From positions 5,056,001-5,120,000 of the forward strand of contig CBDCJO010000002.1 in the NCBI GenBank assembly GCA_965217865.1: 64,000 bases of DNA, given 5' to 3'. Origin of the DNA: Candidatus Latescibacterota bacterium (GTDB lineage Bacteria; Latescibacterota; UBA2968; SICM01). This document shows positions 33,323 through 43,543 of this stretch, in pieces. Made by a program: the position numbers and the translations under genes. The notes under the pieces are model-generated. The model did no database searches. It saw only the letters and a program-made list of their open reading frames with translations, and was not told the DNA's origin. Positions within the stretch are counted from its first letter, which is position 1. Every line of letters begins with the position of its first letter.

Positions 33323-33661
33323 CTAATCCTCTCGTGAATTTCAGATTCTGGATCGGAATCCGGATTCAAGTTCCTTCGAGATTCAGCCCAATAAGATTCG
33401 CGTTCAGTGTTCGGGAAGTTATCCCCCCAACATCCTTCGACCAGACTCTGCAAAGGGGTTCACACCCTCTGTTTGATTAATCTAGGGTGGTCCCATTCCT
33501 TTGTCAATACATGAAAAGGTAAGCCGGAGGGTTGATTTCCGTTGACAGGTTTTTCCTCAATCGTTATTTTTGGTTTCGCGTCCGTCGAAAAACCGAGCGG
33601 TTTTTTGCGTAAACTTTTTGGGTGAATTGAGGATCAAAGCTGGAAAATCTGAGAACAGGAG

Positions 33662-34951
33662 ATGGATCTGCCTATGGCCGAAGGAACGATTAAAATTGCG
33701 CTTATAGGGGCGGGGATGTTCGGGGGGGATGTTCATCTGCGAACCTACGCGGATATGCAAAGGTCTGGACTCGCGGGTTCCCTTGCCCGCATCGGGTTGG
33801 ACGATTTCATCCGTGAGACGGCCCCTATAAAGGTTGAACTCGTGGCGGTAGCAACCCGTACAGAGGCATCCGCGCTCCGGGCCCAGGGGGATTTCGAAGC
33901 ATGGACGGGTCACAAACCCCAGGTATACCACGGTGAAACCCCCTGGGTGGATGTCCTGAAGGACTTTCCCGATCTGGATATTTTAGCGGTGGCAACTCCG
34001 GATCACCTTCACACCCCTATCGTTTTGGCGGGCCTGGAAAAAAGGGTCCATGCGATCACTGAAAAACCTATGTGTTTGGACATCGAGGAAGCCGATGCAA
34101 TGATCGACGCGGCGCGAAGCCAAGGCCTTGTGGTCGCGGTAGACATGCACAAACGATACGATCCGGACCATATCCGTATCCGACACGATATCGCGGACCG
34201 GATCGGACCGCCGGTATACGGATTCGCTTACCTCGAAGAGCCGCTGGAGGTTTCCACAAAGACCTTTAAGTGGGTTGAGTCGAGCGATCCTTTCAGCTAT
34301 GTCGGGCCCCACTGGACAGATCTATTCTATCACTACTATGGGTCAAAACCCGTATCCCTGACCGCTGTGGGGCAGAAGAAGCGGTTGATCCGCGACGGGA
34401 TCAACGCTTACGACGCCGTTCAAGTTCGAGTGGATTTCGAGAACGGGATGAGCGTCAACTTTATGAACAACTGGATCAACCCCGAGGATTTTGAGGGAAA
34501 TGTCAACCAGGGCCATGAAATCGTCGGCGCTGACGGAAAGGTTGAGTCCGATCAGCAGTACCGGGGTTTCCGGTTCTGGAGGGCCAAAGGGGGAAGTCGC
34601 ACGGCCAACAACCACTTCACCCGAAACGTACCCAGACCCGACGGGACGAACGGCTATATCGGCTATGGAGCAGACGGTTTGTTTGCCGGCGTACTTGCCG
34701 TTGCCCGCGTCAAATTCCTGGGAGCGACATTGGATGAACTGGCAGGAACCTACCCGACTGCGGAGGAGGGGCGGATTACGGTAGCCATCGTGCACGCGGC
34801 ACGCGTGGTGCGAGACCGAAATTTCACCTATTTGAAAGAAGGAAAATTCCCGGCTGTTTCCGCGGGTTTCGGGGAAGAAGGCATCACGATCATCGACCCT
34901 TACCAGAAACCTGATCGGGTCTTCGAGCGGATTTATCAGAAACCGATTTAA
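33662..34951 (+). CDS. Gfo/Idh/MocA oxidoreductase
   Basis: GAGMFG, ATPDHLH, TEKP, HKRYDP; upstream TTGACA-17-TATTTT near 33542. Confidence 0.85.
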   Translation: MDLPMAEGTIKIALIGAGMFGGDVHLRTYADMQRSGLAGSLARIGLDDFIRETAPIKVELVAVATRTEASALRAQGDFEAWTGHKPQVYHGETPWVDVLKDFPDLDILAVATPDHLHTPIVLAGLEKRVHAITEKPMCLDIEEADAMIDAARSQGLVVAVDMHKRYDPDHIRIRHDIADRIGPPVYGFAYLEEPLEVSTKTFKWVESSDPFSYVGPHWTDLFYHYYGSKPVSLTAVGQKKRLIRDGINAYDAVQVRVDFENGMSVNFMNNWINPEDFEGNVNQGHEIVGADGKVESDQQYRGFRFWRAKGGSRTANNHFTRNVPRPDGTNGYIGYGADGLFAGVLAVARVKFLGATLDELAGTYPTAEEGRITVAIVHAARVVRDRNFTYLKEGKFPAVSAGFGEEGITIIDPYQKPDRVFERIYQKPI

Positions 34952-35156
34952 CAAAGTCCGTGGATCGTCGTACGTGGATCGGGGAACGAAAGTCCGAGGC
35001 ATGGGGTTTATGAATCGCGGTTCGCACATCCCCAAAGGGTTCTTGATTTCCTTATCTGAACAGTAAATTTGAGCATCGTTTGCAGAATATTGAGCGTATC
35101 ACCAATGAACGAATCACTGACCACGAACCACGAACGACAGCATTAGAGAGGGCCAT

Positions 35157-36542
35157 ATGACTCAGACCATAGACACCGTTTCACCTGTCAAACAAAAGAT
35201 TGACATCGTGACTGAACTTCCAGGTCCGAAGAGTGCAGCCCTCCAGCTTCTGTCCGGGGGTTATGAGCCCGACACCTTCGCCCACGGACAGGTCCCGTTC
35301 GGGTTTAAGCGGGGCAGCGGCGTCTTCGTCGAAGATGTGGATGGAAACACGTTCCTGGATTTTACTTCGGGTGTCCTGGTTGCCAATATCGGACACAGTC
35401 GATCACGTGTAATGAAACGGATCGAAAAGATGGCCCAAAACGGGGAGATCACAAATATTTACAATTTTCTGAATCCCTATCGCCCAGCACTAGCGCGCCT
35501 CCTGATAGAAACCGTCCCGGATTATTGTACAGACCTTAAAGTGGGAAAGGCTTTTATTCTAACGACAGGCTCGGAGACCATAGAATGGGCAATGGGTATG
35601 GCCATCAAGCACCAGGGGGTGGCCGGGAATCCTGAAAAGAAGAAAATCGTCGCGTTTGACGGGGCGTTTCACGGCCGTACGGCCGGGGCTCGACATGCAG
35701 GAGGCATCGGGGAGGTGACGTCGGGTTACGGGCTCGATATACCCGATTTCGTGCATATTCCATTCCCGGATCTTTACCGGCCGGCAAAGCAACCGGATGA
35801 TCGTCCCTACACGCTTCAGGATTACATCGACGCGATCGAGCGGATCGACCCCGACCCCGTAGCGGCCGTTCTGTTCGAAACCTATCAGGGTACTGCGGGT
35901 TCCCGCATCTTTCCAGCAGAATACTTAAAGGCCCTGGCCGCATGGGTCAATCGCAACAACATCCTTCTCCTTGTGGATGAAGTACAGGCATCTTTCGGTC
36001 GAACGGGAAAGTTCTACGGGTTTGAGCACTACGGTCTCCAGCCGGACATTCTTTGCCTGGGTAAGGGAATCAGCGGCTCGGTACCCCTCGCAGCCATCAT
36101 CGCCCGGAGAGACATCGTGGCCTCGCAGGGTGGGATGTCCAGCACCTGGGGGGGAAACATTTTGAGTTCTGCGGTCGCACTGGAGACGATCAAGATCCTG
36201 ATCGAGGAGAATGTGGTGGAAAATGCCGCTAATGTGGGGAATTTCATGATTCGCCGGTTTCACGATATGGTCGAAAGGCATCCCACCATGGGAGATTCCC
36301 GTCAAATGGGTCTGGTTGGAGCCCTGGATATCGTGACAGACAAGGCATCCAAGGCCCCGAACCCCAGGGTGGCGGAGGAGGTTGTCAAGGGGTGCTACCA
36401 GAAAGGCCTCCTGCTGATTGAGCCGATTGGATTGGGACGTAACGTCATCCGAATCGCGCCGCCTCTGATCATTACCGAAGAACAGGCCGAGAATGGGATG
36501 GATATCATCGATGGGGTGTTATCGGAGGTTGAGGGGGGATGA
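35157..36542 (+). CDS. Class III PLP aminotransferase (GabT-like)
   Basis: DVDGN.FLDF.SG, TGSE, FHGRT, DEVQ.SFGRTG, GKG, STWGGN, IRIAPPL. Confidence 0.9.
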   Translation: MTQTIDTVSPVKQKIDIVTELPGPKSAALQLLSGGYEPDTFAHGQVPFGFKRGSGVFVEDVDGNTFLDFTSGVLVANIGHSRSRVMKRIEKMAQNGEITNIYNFLNPYRPALARLLIETVPDYCTDLKVGKAFILTTGSETIEWAMGMAIKHQGVAGNPEKKKIVAFDGAFHGRTAGARHAGGIGEVTSGYGLDIPDFVHIPFPDLYRPAKQPDDRPYTLQDYIDAIERIDPDPVAAVLFETYQGTAGSRIFPAEYLKALAAWVNRNNILLLVDEVQASFGRTGKFYGFEHYGLQPDILCLGKGISGSVPLAAIIARRDIVASQGGMSSTWGGNILSSAVALETIKILIEENVVENAANVGNFMIRRFHDMVERHPTMGDSRQMGLVGALDIVTDKASKAPNPRVAEEVVKGCYQKGLLLIEPIGLGRNVIRIAPPLIITEEQAENGMDIIDGVLSEVEGG

Positions 36543-36686
36543 GGCAGTAGGGAGGGTCGATGGTTGGATCGTTGGTCAGGATTACAGATCTAAATCGGTT
36601 GATTATTCGGTGACTGATTTTCGGCGATTTATGGAAGTGAGCCAGAGGAATCGAACGAGCCGTGGGCCATCCGTATGAGGTCCAAA

Positions 36687-36884
36687 TTAAGAACCTGAAT
36701 TCCCTTGAAAGGGTTTGACAGTCGCGATGGCGATCGCGAAAAGAGAGCAAGCCATCGACAGTTGAAAGAACCCCTCTGCGACAACGTTCATCAGGGGCTG
36801 ATTGAGTAGATTCAGACCCTGCAGTCCCCCCAGGAGTAGAGCAATTGCAGAAACTGCCATTAGAATCAGGCCAATTGTATTCAT
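36687..36884 (-). CDS. Small two-helix membrane protein, hypothetical
   Basis: 65 aa, two hydrophobic segments, GGAGGG RBS upstream. Confidence 0.6.
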   Translation of the reverse strand: MNTIGLILMAVSAIALLLGGLQGLNLLNQPLMNVVAEGFFQLSMACSLFAIAIATVKPFQGNSGS

Positions 36885-36960
36885 GTGGATCCCTCCCTCC
36901 GGTAAGTTGGCATTTGGGCTGTCGTTCCTCTGGGCTCACGTTCCATAAAGCTTAATATAC

Positions 36961-38376
36961 TTAACTTAAGTTGAAACAGACAAGCTTTAACTCCGTCATC
37001 TCCTCAACGGCATAGCGCGGGCCTTCTTTGCCGAAACCACTCTCTTTAAGACCGCCGTATGGCATCAGATCCGCCCGCCACATCGGACCCCAGTTGATCA
37101 TCAGATTGCCGGAGTCGACCTCTCGAGCGAATTTCATCGCCCAATCGATATTCTCGGTGAAGATTCCAGCGCTGAGGCCATAATTGGAATCATTGGCCGA
37201 AGCAATGGCCTCGTCGATATCGTTAAAGGGGGTCACGGCCACCGCCGGTCCGAAGAGTTCGTCGCAGGAAATTCGCATCTTAGGGTCCACATCGGCGATG
37301 ATGGTGGGCTGGTGGAAGGCCCCATCCCTTTCCCCACCGGCCAGTACGCGCCCCCCCTCAGAAACCGCCTCCCCGACCCACTCATTCACCCGGATAGCGT
37401 CGCTCTCACGGATCATCGGTCCCATCTTGATCTTTTCATCGAGGGGATTTCCGCTCGTGATGGATTCCACACTGGGTACCAGGGCGTCCAGAAAGTCCCC
37501 ATAGATTTTTTCGTTCGTGAGGATCCGTTGTGCGGAGATACACACCTGCCCGGCGTTTGCATAACCTGTCGTGGTAACGGCTTCGACGACTTTCGATATA
37601 TCTGCGTCGGGCATGATGATAACCGGGGCGTTGGATCCCAGCTCCATCGTAACCTTTTTCAGGCCGGCGGCGTGGCAGATGTGCTCTCCCACATCCCGGC
37701 TGCCTGTAAAGGTGATTTTTCGTGCCCGCCGGTCTGAGCACAGGGCATCGCCGATTTCTCCGCCCGATCCAGTCACACACTGAAGGGCCTCAGGGGGGAT
37801 TCCCGCCTCCAGCAGCAACTCGGTTACCTTAATGCCGGAGAGTGGGGTGTCGGTGGCGGGTTTGAGGACCACCGAGTTTCCTCCCGCCAAGGCGGGGCCA
37901 ACCTTGTGGCAGACCAGATTCAGGGGGAAGTTGAAGGGAGTGATGGCAATGACCACCCCGCAGGGAACCCGCATCGTAAAACCGAACCGCGTGCTCCCCC
38001 CCGGTGCGCCGTCCATCGGTACGGTTTCGCCGTGGAGCCGCTTGGCCTCTTCCCCGGAGAGCATCAGGGTTTGGACACCACGAGCCACTTCGACGCGGGC
38101 TTCGGTGATGACCTTACCCTCCTCTAAAGAGATCGTGCGTGCGAAGTCCTCGGTGCGCTCCTCGAGCAGATCCGAGGCCTTCTTGAGGATCTGATATCGG
38201 TCATAACCCGGCATGGCCGCCATGACCTTGGCCCCACGCGTGGAGCTTTCCAGGGCAGCATCTATATCTTCAAGGTCTCCCTTGGGAACGGTATCGATGA
38301 CGCTTCCATCGAAGGGATTGATGACATCGATCCTTTGTGTTTTTTCGATCCATCGGCCCCCGATATACATCTTCAT
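36961..38376 (-). CDS. Aldehyde dehydrogenase
   Basis: ITPFNFP, LKPA, FTGS, ELG.N, GQVCIS, ELFGP, PYGG.K.SG. Confidence 0.95.
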   Translation of the reverse strand: MKMYIGGRWIEKTQRIDVINPFDGSVIDTVPKGDLEDIDAALESSTRGAKVMAAMPGYDRYQILKKASDLLEERTEDFARTISLEEGKVITEARVEVARGVQTLMLSGEEAKRLHGETVPMDGAPGGSTRFGFTMRVPCGVVIAITPFNFPLNLVCHKVGPALAGGNSVVLKPATDTPLSGIKVTELLLEAGIPPEALQCVTGSGGEIGDALCSDRRARKITFTGSRDVGEHICHAAGLKKVTMELGSNAPVIIMPDADISKVVEAVTTTGYANAGQVCISAQRILTNEKIYGDFLDALVPSVESITSGNPLDEKIKMGPMIRESDAIRVNEWVGEAVSEGGRVLAGGERDGAFHQPTIIADVDPKMRISCDELFGPAVAVTPFNDIDEAIASANDSNYGLSAGIFTENIDWAMKFAREVDSGNLMINWGPMWRADLMPYGGLKESGFGKEGPRYAVEEMTELKLVCFNLS

Positions 38377-38484
38377 ATCGGATCTCCTGATGTGTGAACA
38401 AGGGTAAGCACCGACCCAAAAATACCGTCTAGAGGGGCAGTTTACGAACAAATGGGGCCAGAGTCAAGGAAAAAGGCCGCTGAA

Positions 38485-39156
38485 TCAGGGACTGCGGTCC
38501 GAGGTTCCAAGGACCAGGGAGACAGCAAGCCAACCCCCGACCGGCAATATGTTGGACACCAGTTCGGGATGACGGGCAACTGTTAGATTGTAGTTCTGGA
38601 TTCCCTTCCTGCCATCACCGTCTTCGAGGGCCTCGTGGACGTGACCGTGGCCGTTTGCGTTGTCTGCGATGATCAGCCCCCCTGCACGGGTGTGCCCCAT
38701 CGCGAAGTCCAGATAAGACGGATAGTTCTGTTTGTCGGCATCGATAAAGACCAGATCGAACGGCGCATCATGAGCGACACTTGCCAAGTGGTCCGTCGCC
38801 GGTCCCACGAGTATCCGGGATTTGTGAGCTATGCCTGCGGTTTCATAATTTTTCGTGGCGATCGCGGCATATCCCGGGTCGATCTCCAGGGAGATAAATT
38901 TTCCGTCATCTGGCAGGGCTCGGGCAAGCCAGATTCCCGAGTAACCCGCAAGTGCTCCAAATTCGAGGATCTTCCGAGCATTGATGAGCTTTGCCAGGAG
39001 AAACAGGGTCTTTCCGGATTCCGGGCTCACCGAGATATCGGGCAAACCCCGAGCAACGGCGGCGGGCATTATCCCCTTAAGGAGGTCATCTTCGGGGGCA
39101 AAGACTTCACGCCGGTAGGTGTCCAGGTCGGGAAAATTGGGAGGCATTTGAATCAT
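38485..39156 (-). CDS. O-methyltransferase (Methyltransf_3-like)
   Basis: ILEFG..GYS, FDLVFIDADK.NY, IADN; ATG 39156 overlaps the ndh stop. Confidence 0.9.
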   Translation of the reverse strand: MIQMPPNFPDLDTYRREVFAPEDDLLKGIMPAAVARGLPDISVSPESGKTLFLLAKLINARKILEFGALAGYSGIWLARALPDDGKFISLEIDPGYAAIATKNYETAGIAHKSRILVGPATDHLASVAHDAPFDLVFIDADKQNYPSYLDFAMGHTRAGGLIIADNANGHGHVHEALEDGDGRKGIQNYNLTVARHPELVSNILPVGGWLAVSLVLGTSDRSP

Positions 39157-40481
39157 TCCTCCTGCGCGCCCCTGTTTTTGCCCCGGGGTTGGACGAGGGG
39201 AAAGGGATCTCCTCCAGTGATCAGCCTGGCGCCGCGTTTTCGAGTGAAATAGTTCCATGCCCACTGGAAAAGGACGAGCAATTTGTTGTCGTATTCGATC
39301 AGGTACGCGATATGCACGAAAAGCCATATCAACCACGCGGGAAATCCACTAAATCTGAGAGATCCGAAGTCCGCGACTCCCGAGTGTCTGCCGATTACCG
39401 CAAGGCTCCCTCTGTTCCGGTAACGAAAAGGGGGCAGGTTCTTTTTTTCGAGCCGAAGCCCGATCAGGTCCGCCACATATCTTCCCTGCTGCATGGCCAC
39501 CGGAGCCACTCCGGGGAGTGGATTCCCGTTCTGGTGTGAAAAATTCGCAAGATCGCCGATCACGAAGATTCCCGGATGACCCGGTAATGTGAGATCGGGT
39601 CCAACCATCACCCGTCCGGATCGATCCAGCTCAACGCCCGTCTTTCGAGAGAGGATCTCTCCCAAACCCGAGGCCTTCGTCCCCGCGGCCCACAACAGGG
39701 TCCGGGCTTTTAACCTTTCGGTGCGAGACTTCCTGCTTATTGTTACGGCGTTTCCCCGAATGTCCGTTACCTGAGCCTCCGTCCACACCTTTACTCCCAG
39801 GCGGGAAAGGGAGACCTCCGCCTTTGCGGAAAGTTCTGGTGGATACTGGGGTAAGATCCGGGGCCCACCCTCCAGCAATACGACAACCGCGTCGGTCGAG
39901 TCGATGTTACGAAAATCGTTTTTGAGGGTGGTGTGGGCGAGTTCGCCGATTGCCCCGGCCAATTCTACTCCGGTGGGCCCTGCCCCAATCACCACAAAGG
40001 TCATCCATTCCCGGCGTTTTTGCGAATCGGACTCGCGTTCAGCAGCTTCAAAGCCAAGGAAAATTCGCCGACGTATTTCCAGGGCATCTTCAACGGTCTT
40101 AAGCCCCGGAGAAACGGACGCCCAATTATCGTGGCCGAAATAATGGTGGCTTCCCCCGGTGGCGACGACCAGAGTATCGTAGGTCAACTCCCCGTCACGA
40201 AGCACGATCCTTCTTTGAACCGGGTCGATGTCGGTGACTTCGGCTTTTAATACCCGGGTGTTTCGGGATCGGTTCAATACCCCCCGAAGGGGAGACGCGA
40301 TATCCCCGGGAGAGAGCCCCCCGGTGGCGACCTGGTAGAGAAGGGGTTGAAACAGGTGAAAATTGCGTTTGTCCAAGAGGGTGACGGTCACCGGCGTCCG
40401 CCGCAGCGATTTGGCGGCATACAAACCACCAAACCCCCCTCCGACGATCACGACGTGCTGGGTATTGGTCTGAGTTCCCAT
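39153..40481 (-). CDS. ndh: Type II NADH dehydrogenase
   Basis: GGGFGG, FQPLLYQVATG, GAGPTGVELAG, WAAG, IGD, A.VA.QQG. Confidence 0.92.
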   Translation of the reverse strand: MGTQTNTQHVVIVGGGFGGLYAAKSLRRTPVTVTLLDKRNFHLFQPLLYQVATGGLSPGDIASPLRGVLNRSRNTRVLKAEVTDIDPVQRRIVLRDGELTYDTLVVATGGSHHYFGHDNWASVSPGLKTVEDALEIRRRIFLGFEAAERESDSQKRREWMTFVVIGAGPTGVELAGAIGELAHTTLKNDFRNIDSTDAVVVLLEGGPRILPQYPPELSAKAEVSLSRLGVKVWTEAQVTDIRGNAVTISRKSRTERLKARTLLWAAGTKASGLGEILSRKTGVELDRSGRVMVGPDLTLPGHPGIFVIGDLANFSHQNGNPLPGVAPVAMQQGRYVADLIGLRLEKKNLPPFRYRNRGSLAVIGRHSGVADFGSLRFSGFPAWLIWLFVHIAYLIEYDNKLLVLFQWAWNYFTRKRGARLITGGDPFPLVQPRGKNRGAQEE

Positions 40482-40486
40482 TTCGA

Positions 40487-41230
40487 TCAAAGACCCGGAT
40501 TCCGTCCCCCGAAGATCGCCTGACCGGCTTTCATCCAGAATAGATCGATTTCCACAAAACCCGCCTGTTCCATCCAGCGGAGTTGCTCAAACAGGCCGGA
40601 CATCTTGTCGATCGGGTCTGAAAACCGATAGGCGTTCCATTTTCCCCTTTGAAAGATCTCAAAGGCCCTGGTGTTTCCGTCGATCTCGAGTGAACGCCTC
40701 CTCACGGCCTCGTCCCAGGCTTTCGCAGCGACCGCCACGCCTGGCCCGAAGACGGGTTGGATGACATCGGCGATTAGGAAGGCACCGTCGGGTACCAGGA
40801 GGTTCCGGATATCGCGGAAAAGGGACTGCTTCTGAGAACTGTCGAGGTGGTGAATCGCAAGAGAAGAGACGGCGTAATGGATCTGCGCATCCGGATGCCG
40901 CCATGCCCGTAAGGCGAGGTCGCTTTGTTCCGCAGAGAAGCGATCGCCGAATCGAACCAGGTTTGCCACCGCCCGTTTCAGCATCTCCGGGGACACATCC
41001 ACACCGTGTACCACGCAACCCGGAAACCGTTCCAGCAACGCTCCCGCAAGCACGCCTTCACCGCAACCGAGATCGAGGAGGTGAAAAGGGGGATCGACGG
41101 GCGTAATCAGATCGCACAGGATTTCGATCTGAACTTCCCGGTCAGGCACGAAATAAACCCCGCAATCGAGGAATATCCGGGTATCCTCCTCATCCCATCC
41201 GGCCTTCCTGTCGTCTGGTCGCGGGTCCAT
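40487..41230 (-). CDS. Class I SAM-dependent methyltransferase (CmoA-like)
   Basis: LDLGCGEG, DVSPEML, SSLAIHHL; start uncertain (41230 or 41287). Confidence 0.85.
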   Translation of the reverse strand: MDPRPDDRKAGWDEEDTRIFLDCGVYFVPDREVQIEILCDLITPVDPPFHLLDLGCGEGVLAGALLERFPGCVVHGVDVSPEMLKRAVANLVRFGDRFSAEQSDLALRAWRHPDAQIHYAVSSLAIHHLDSSQKQSLFRDIRNLLVPDGAFLIADVIQPVFGPGVAVAAKAWDEAVRRRSLEIDGNTRAFEIFQRGKWNAYRFSDPIDKMSGLFEQLRWMEQAGFVEIDLFWMKAGQAIFGGRNPGL

Positions 41231-41237
41231 TGGATCC

Positions 41238-42977
41238 CTATCTTCCCATGGCGTATCCGATATTGCCTTTGGGCGAGACGGCTCCACAGATCAGGCCGAT
41301 TTTCGGTTCGAACGTAATGGCCATCACCTTTCCGTGGACCCAATCGTCGGCAACAGCAAGATCGTGTCCCCGCCGCCGCAGCTCATCGCGGACCCCTTCT
41401 GCGATCCGGCCCTCCACCCGGACACGCCCGGGCAGGGATCCGTGTGGATAAAAAGAACTGGGAAAGTGGTTGGTGTTGAAACTCGGGGCGTCCAGGGCTT
41501 CCTGCAGGTCCATCCCGAAGTCGATCACGTTCAGGAAGAATTGAAGCGTCCACTGGTCCTGCTGATCCCCTCCCGGGGTTCCGAAGACCATGTAGGGGTT
41601 CCCGTGTTTCGTCGCCAGGGATGGAGTGAGGGTCGTCCTCGGACGTTTCCTGGGCTGAAGGGCGTTGGGGTGTTTGGGATCCAGGTAGAACATCTGTCCC
41701 CGGGTACCAAGGGGGAAGCCCAGCCCCTCCACGACGGGAGAGGAGGGGATCCAGCCGCCGCTCGGGGTGGCCGCCATCATGTTACCCTCCGCGTCGATTG
41801 CATCACAATGTGTGGTGTCGCCTGTATAGACGGTCGGATCCCCCTCGACGACCTTGGGGATCGTGGACGGCGCATCGCCGGGACGAAGTTCCATCGAGGC
41901 CCTCTCCGGGTCGATCTGGGAACGACGCCGGTCCGCATATTCCTTCGAAAGGAGTTTTTCCAACGGCACGGTCACGAAGTCCGGGTCTCCGTAATAGTGC
42001 TCCCGGTCTGCGAATGCGAGCTTGGCTGCCTCGACACAGGTATGGATGTAATCCGCAGAGTTGTGTTCCATGGCCCCCAGATTGTAACCCTCGAGAATTC
42101 TCAACTGTTGGAGAAAGACGGCACCCTGAGTCCAGGTGTTGCATTTGTGAACGCGGATGCCTCTGTAATCGGACCCAATCGGGGCTTCGAGCTTTGTCGT
42201 ATAGGCTGCGAAGTCGTCCAGATCCAACAGCCCCCGGTTGGTTTTTCCCGAAGCATCGAGCACCTCCGTGTTCCTCGAGAAGGTCACGATCGTTTCCGCG
42301 ATCTCCCCTCTGTAGAAATAGGATATCGCCTCATCGATGGCATCTGCCCGCCCTTTTGATCGATTTCGAATCTCGACATCCACGACCTTTTTAAAGGTGT
42401 TTGCCCAATCCGGATTCCTGAAAATATCCCCTACTTCGGGGGCAGAACCGTTCGGGAGATAGACCCTGGCGGAGGAAGGCCATTTCGTTTCAAACTTTTT
42501 GGAAAGGTTCGCGATCGCTTTTTGAAGACCCTCATAGAGTGGAAACCCTTCCTCCATAAGTTCGATCGAGGGTTCCAGGACATCCTGCAGGGTCAGCTTC
42601 CCAAAATGCCTAAGACCGGTTGCCCAGGACCCGAACGCACCCGGCACGGTGGCAGGAAGGAAACCATCGCCGGGGATGACTTCGATTTCCTGCGATCTGA
42701 ACCAGTCGATTGTCGCCGCCCGGGGGGCGTATCCCTGCCCGTTCACAGCGAAGGTACGGTTTTGTTTGGCGTCGTAGATCAGGATCGGGACTTCGCCTCC
42801 GATGCCGTTTGATTGGGGTTCGAGTACGTTGCACGCAAAGCCTGCGGCCACACAGGCATCGATGGCGTTTCCCCCCTTTTCAAACATGCGAAATCCCGCG
42901 GCAGAGGCCAGATAGTGTCCTCCGGTAACCACCCCGTGGACGCCCATGATGACGGGTCGCGTCGTAAATCCGGCCAT
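41238..42977 (-). CDS. ggt: Gamma-glutamyltransferase family protein
   Basis: GGNAIDA, VPG, KLAFADR, DTTH (Thr nucleophile), RPRTTLTP, GTPGGD. Confidence 0.9.
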   Translation of the reverse strand: MAGFTTRPVIMGVHGVVTGGHYLASAAGFRMFEKGGNAIDACVAAGFACNVLEPQSNGIGGEVPILIYDAKQNRTFAVNGQGYAPRAATIDWFRSQEIEVIPGDGFLPATVPGAFGSWATGLRHFGKLTLQDVLEPSIELMEEGFPLYEGLQKAIANLSKKFETKWPSSARVYLPNGSAPEVGDIFRNPDWANTFKKVVDVEIRNRSKGRADAIDEAISYFYRGEIAETIVTFSRNTEVLDASGKTNRGLLDLDDFAAYTTKLEAPIGSDYRGIRVHKCNTWTQGAVFLQQLRILEGYNLGAMEHNSADYIHTCVEAAKLAFADREHYYGDPDFVTVPLEKLLSKEYADRRRSQIDPERASMELRPGDAPSTIPKVVEGDPTVYTGDTTHCDAIDAEGNMMAATPSGGWIPSSPVVEGLGFPLGTRGQMFYLDPKHPNALQPRKRPRTTLTPSLATKHGNPYMVFGTPGGDQQDQWTLQFFLNVIDFGMDLQEALDAPSFNTNHFPSSFYPHGSLPGRVRVEGRIAEGVRDELRRRGHDLAVADDWVHGKVMAITFEPKIGLICGAVSPKGNIGYAMGR

Positions 42978-42988
42978 TCGGACCCTCT

Positions 42989-43023
42989 AAAAAACTCAGG
43001 GGCGCCATCTTTGCGCCCCGAGT
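42989..43023 (-). terminator. Intrinsic terminator after archease
   Basis: ACTCGGGGCGC/GCGCCCCTGAGT stem then a T-tract on the minus strand. Confidence 0.65.
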
Positions 43024-43025
43024 CG

Positions 43026-43448
43026 TTAAACGTCGAAGATTACGGACCCCCGCCAAATTCCCTGGACCTGCTCCACACGCAGTTCGTGGTAGGTTACGGC
43101 CTTCAGTTCCCTGTAGAGTTCGTGGCGTTTCGGATCATAGACCTCTCCTGAAGCCTGACCCGATAAGGTCCGATGTGAACGCATCCGGACCTGGAAATAT
43201 TTAAGAACAATCAGGTCGGTCTCAAACCGGAAGAGGAGCTCTCGCAGCCAGTCGGCGAACAGCTCCTCGAGGGTTTCAGCCTCTAGATCAACCCGGATTT
43301 CTTCCCGTGATTCGATCCCGTTCAGGTCCCCGATCAGGTCGAACATTCCAAACGCGGCATCCTCGAACAGGCCCTCGAGCGAGGCGTTCTCGACGGCAAT
43401 GCCGATGTCGGCCGTATGATCGAAAATCCGGTACCTGGTTCTGGACAT
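43026..43448 (-). CDS. Archease
   Basis: DHTADI, ELKAVTYH, C-terminal FDV. Confidence 0.95.
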   Translation of the reverse strand: MSRTRYRIFDHTADIGIAVENASLEGLFEDAAFGMFDLIGDLNGIESREEIRVDLEAETLEELFADWLRELLFRFETDLIVLKYFQVRMRSHRTLSGQASGEVYDPKRHELYRELKAVTYHELRVEQVQGIWRGSVIFDV

Positions 43449-43543
43449 CCCTCCAAGGCCGTCAAACGGGTATGGAACCCTGAGCGACTATTTCGGGTGA
43501 GGGCGACTTGAACTCCCCGGTATTGATATATTGGCCAGCGCGC

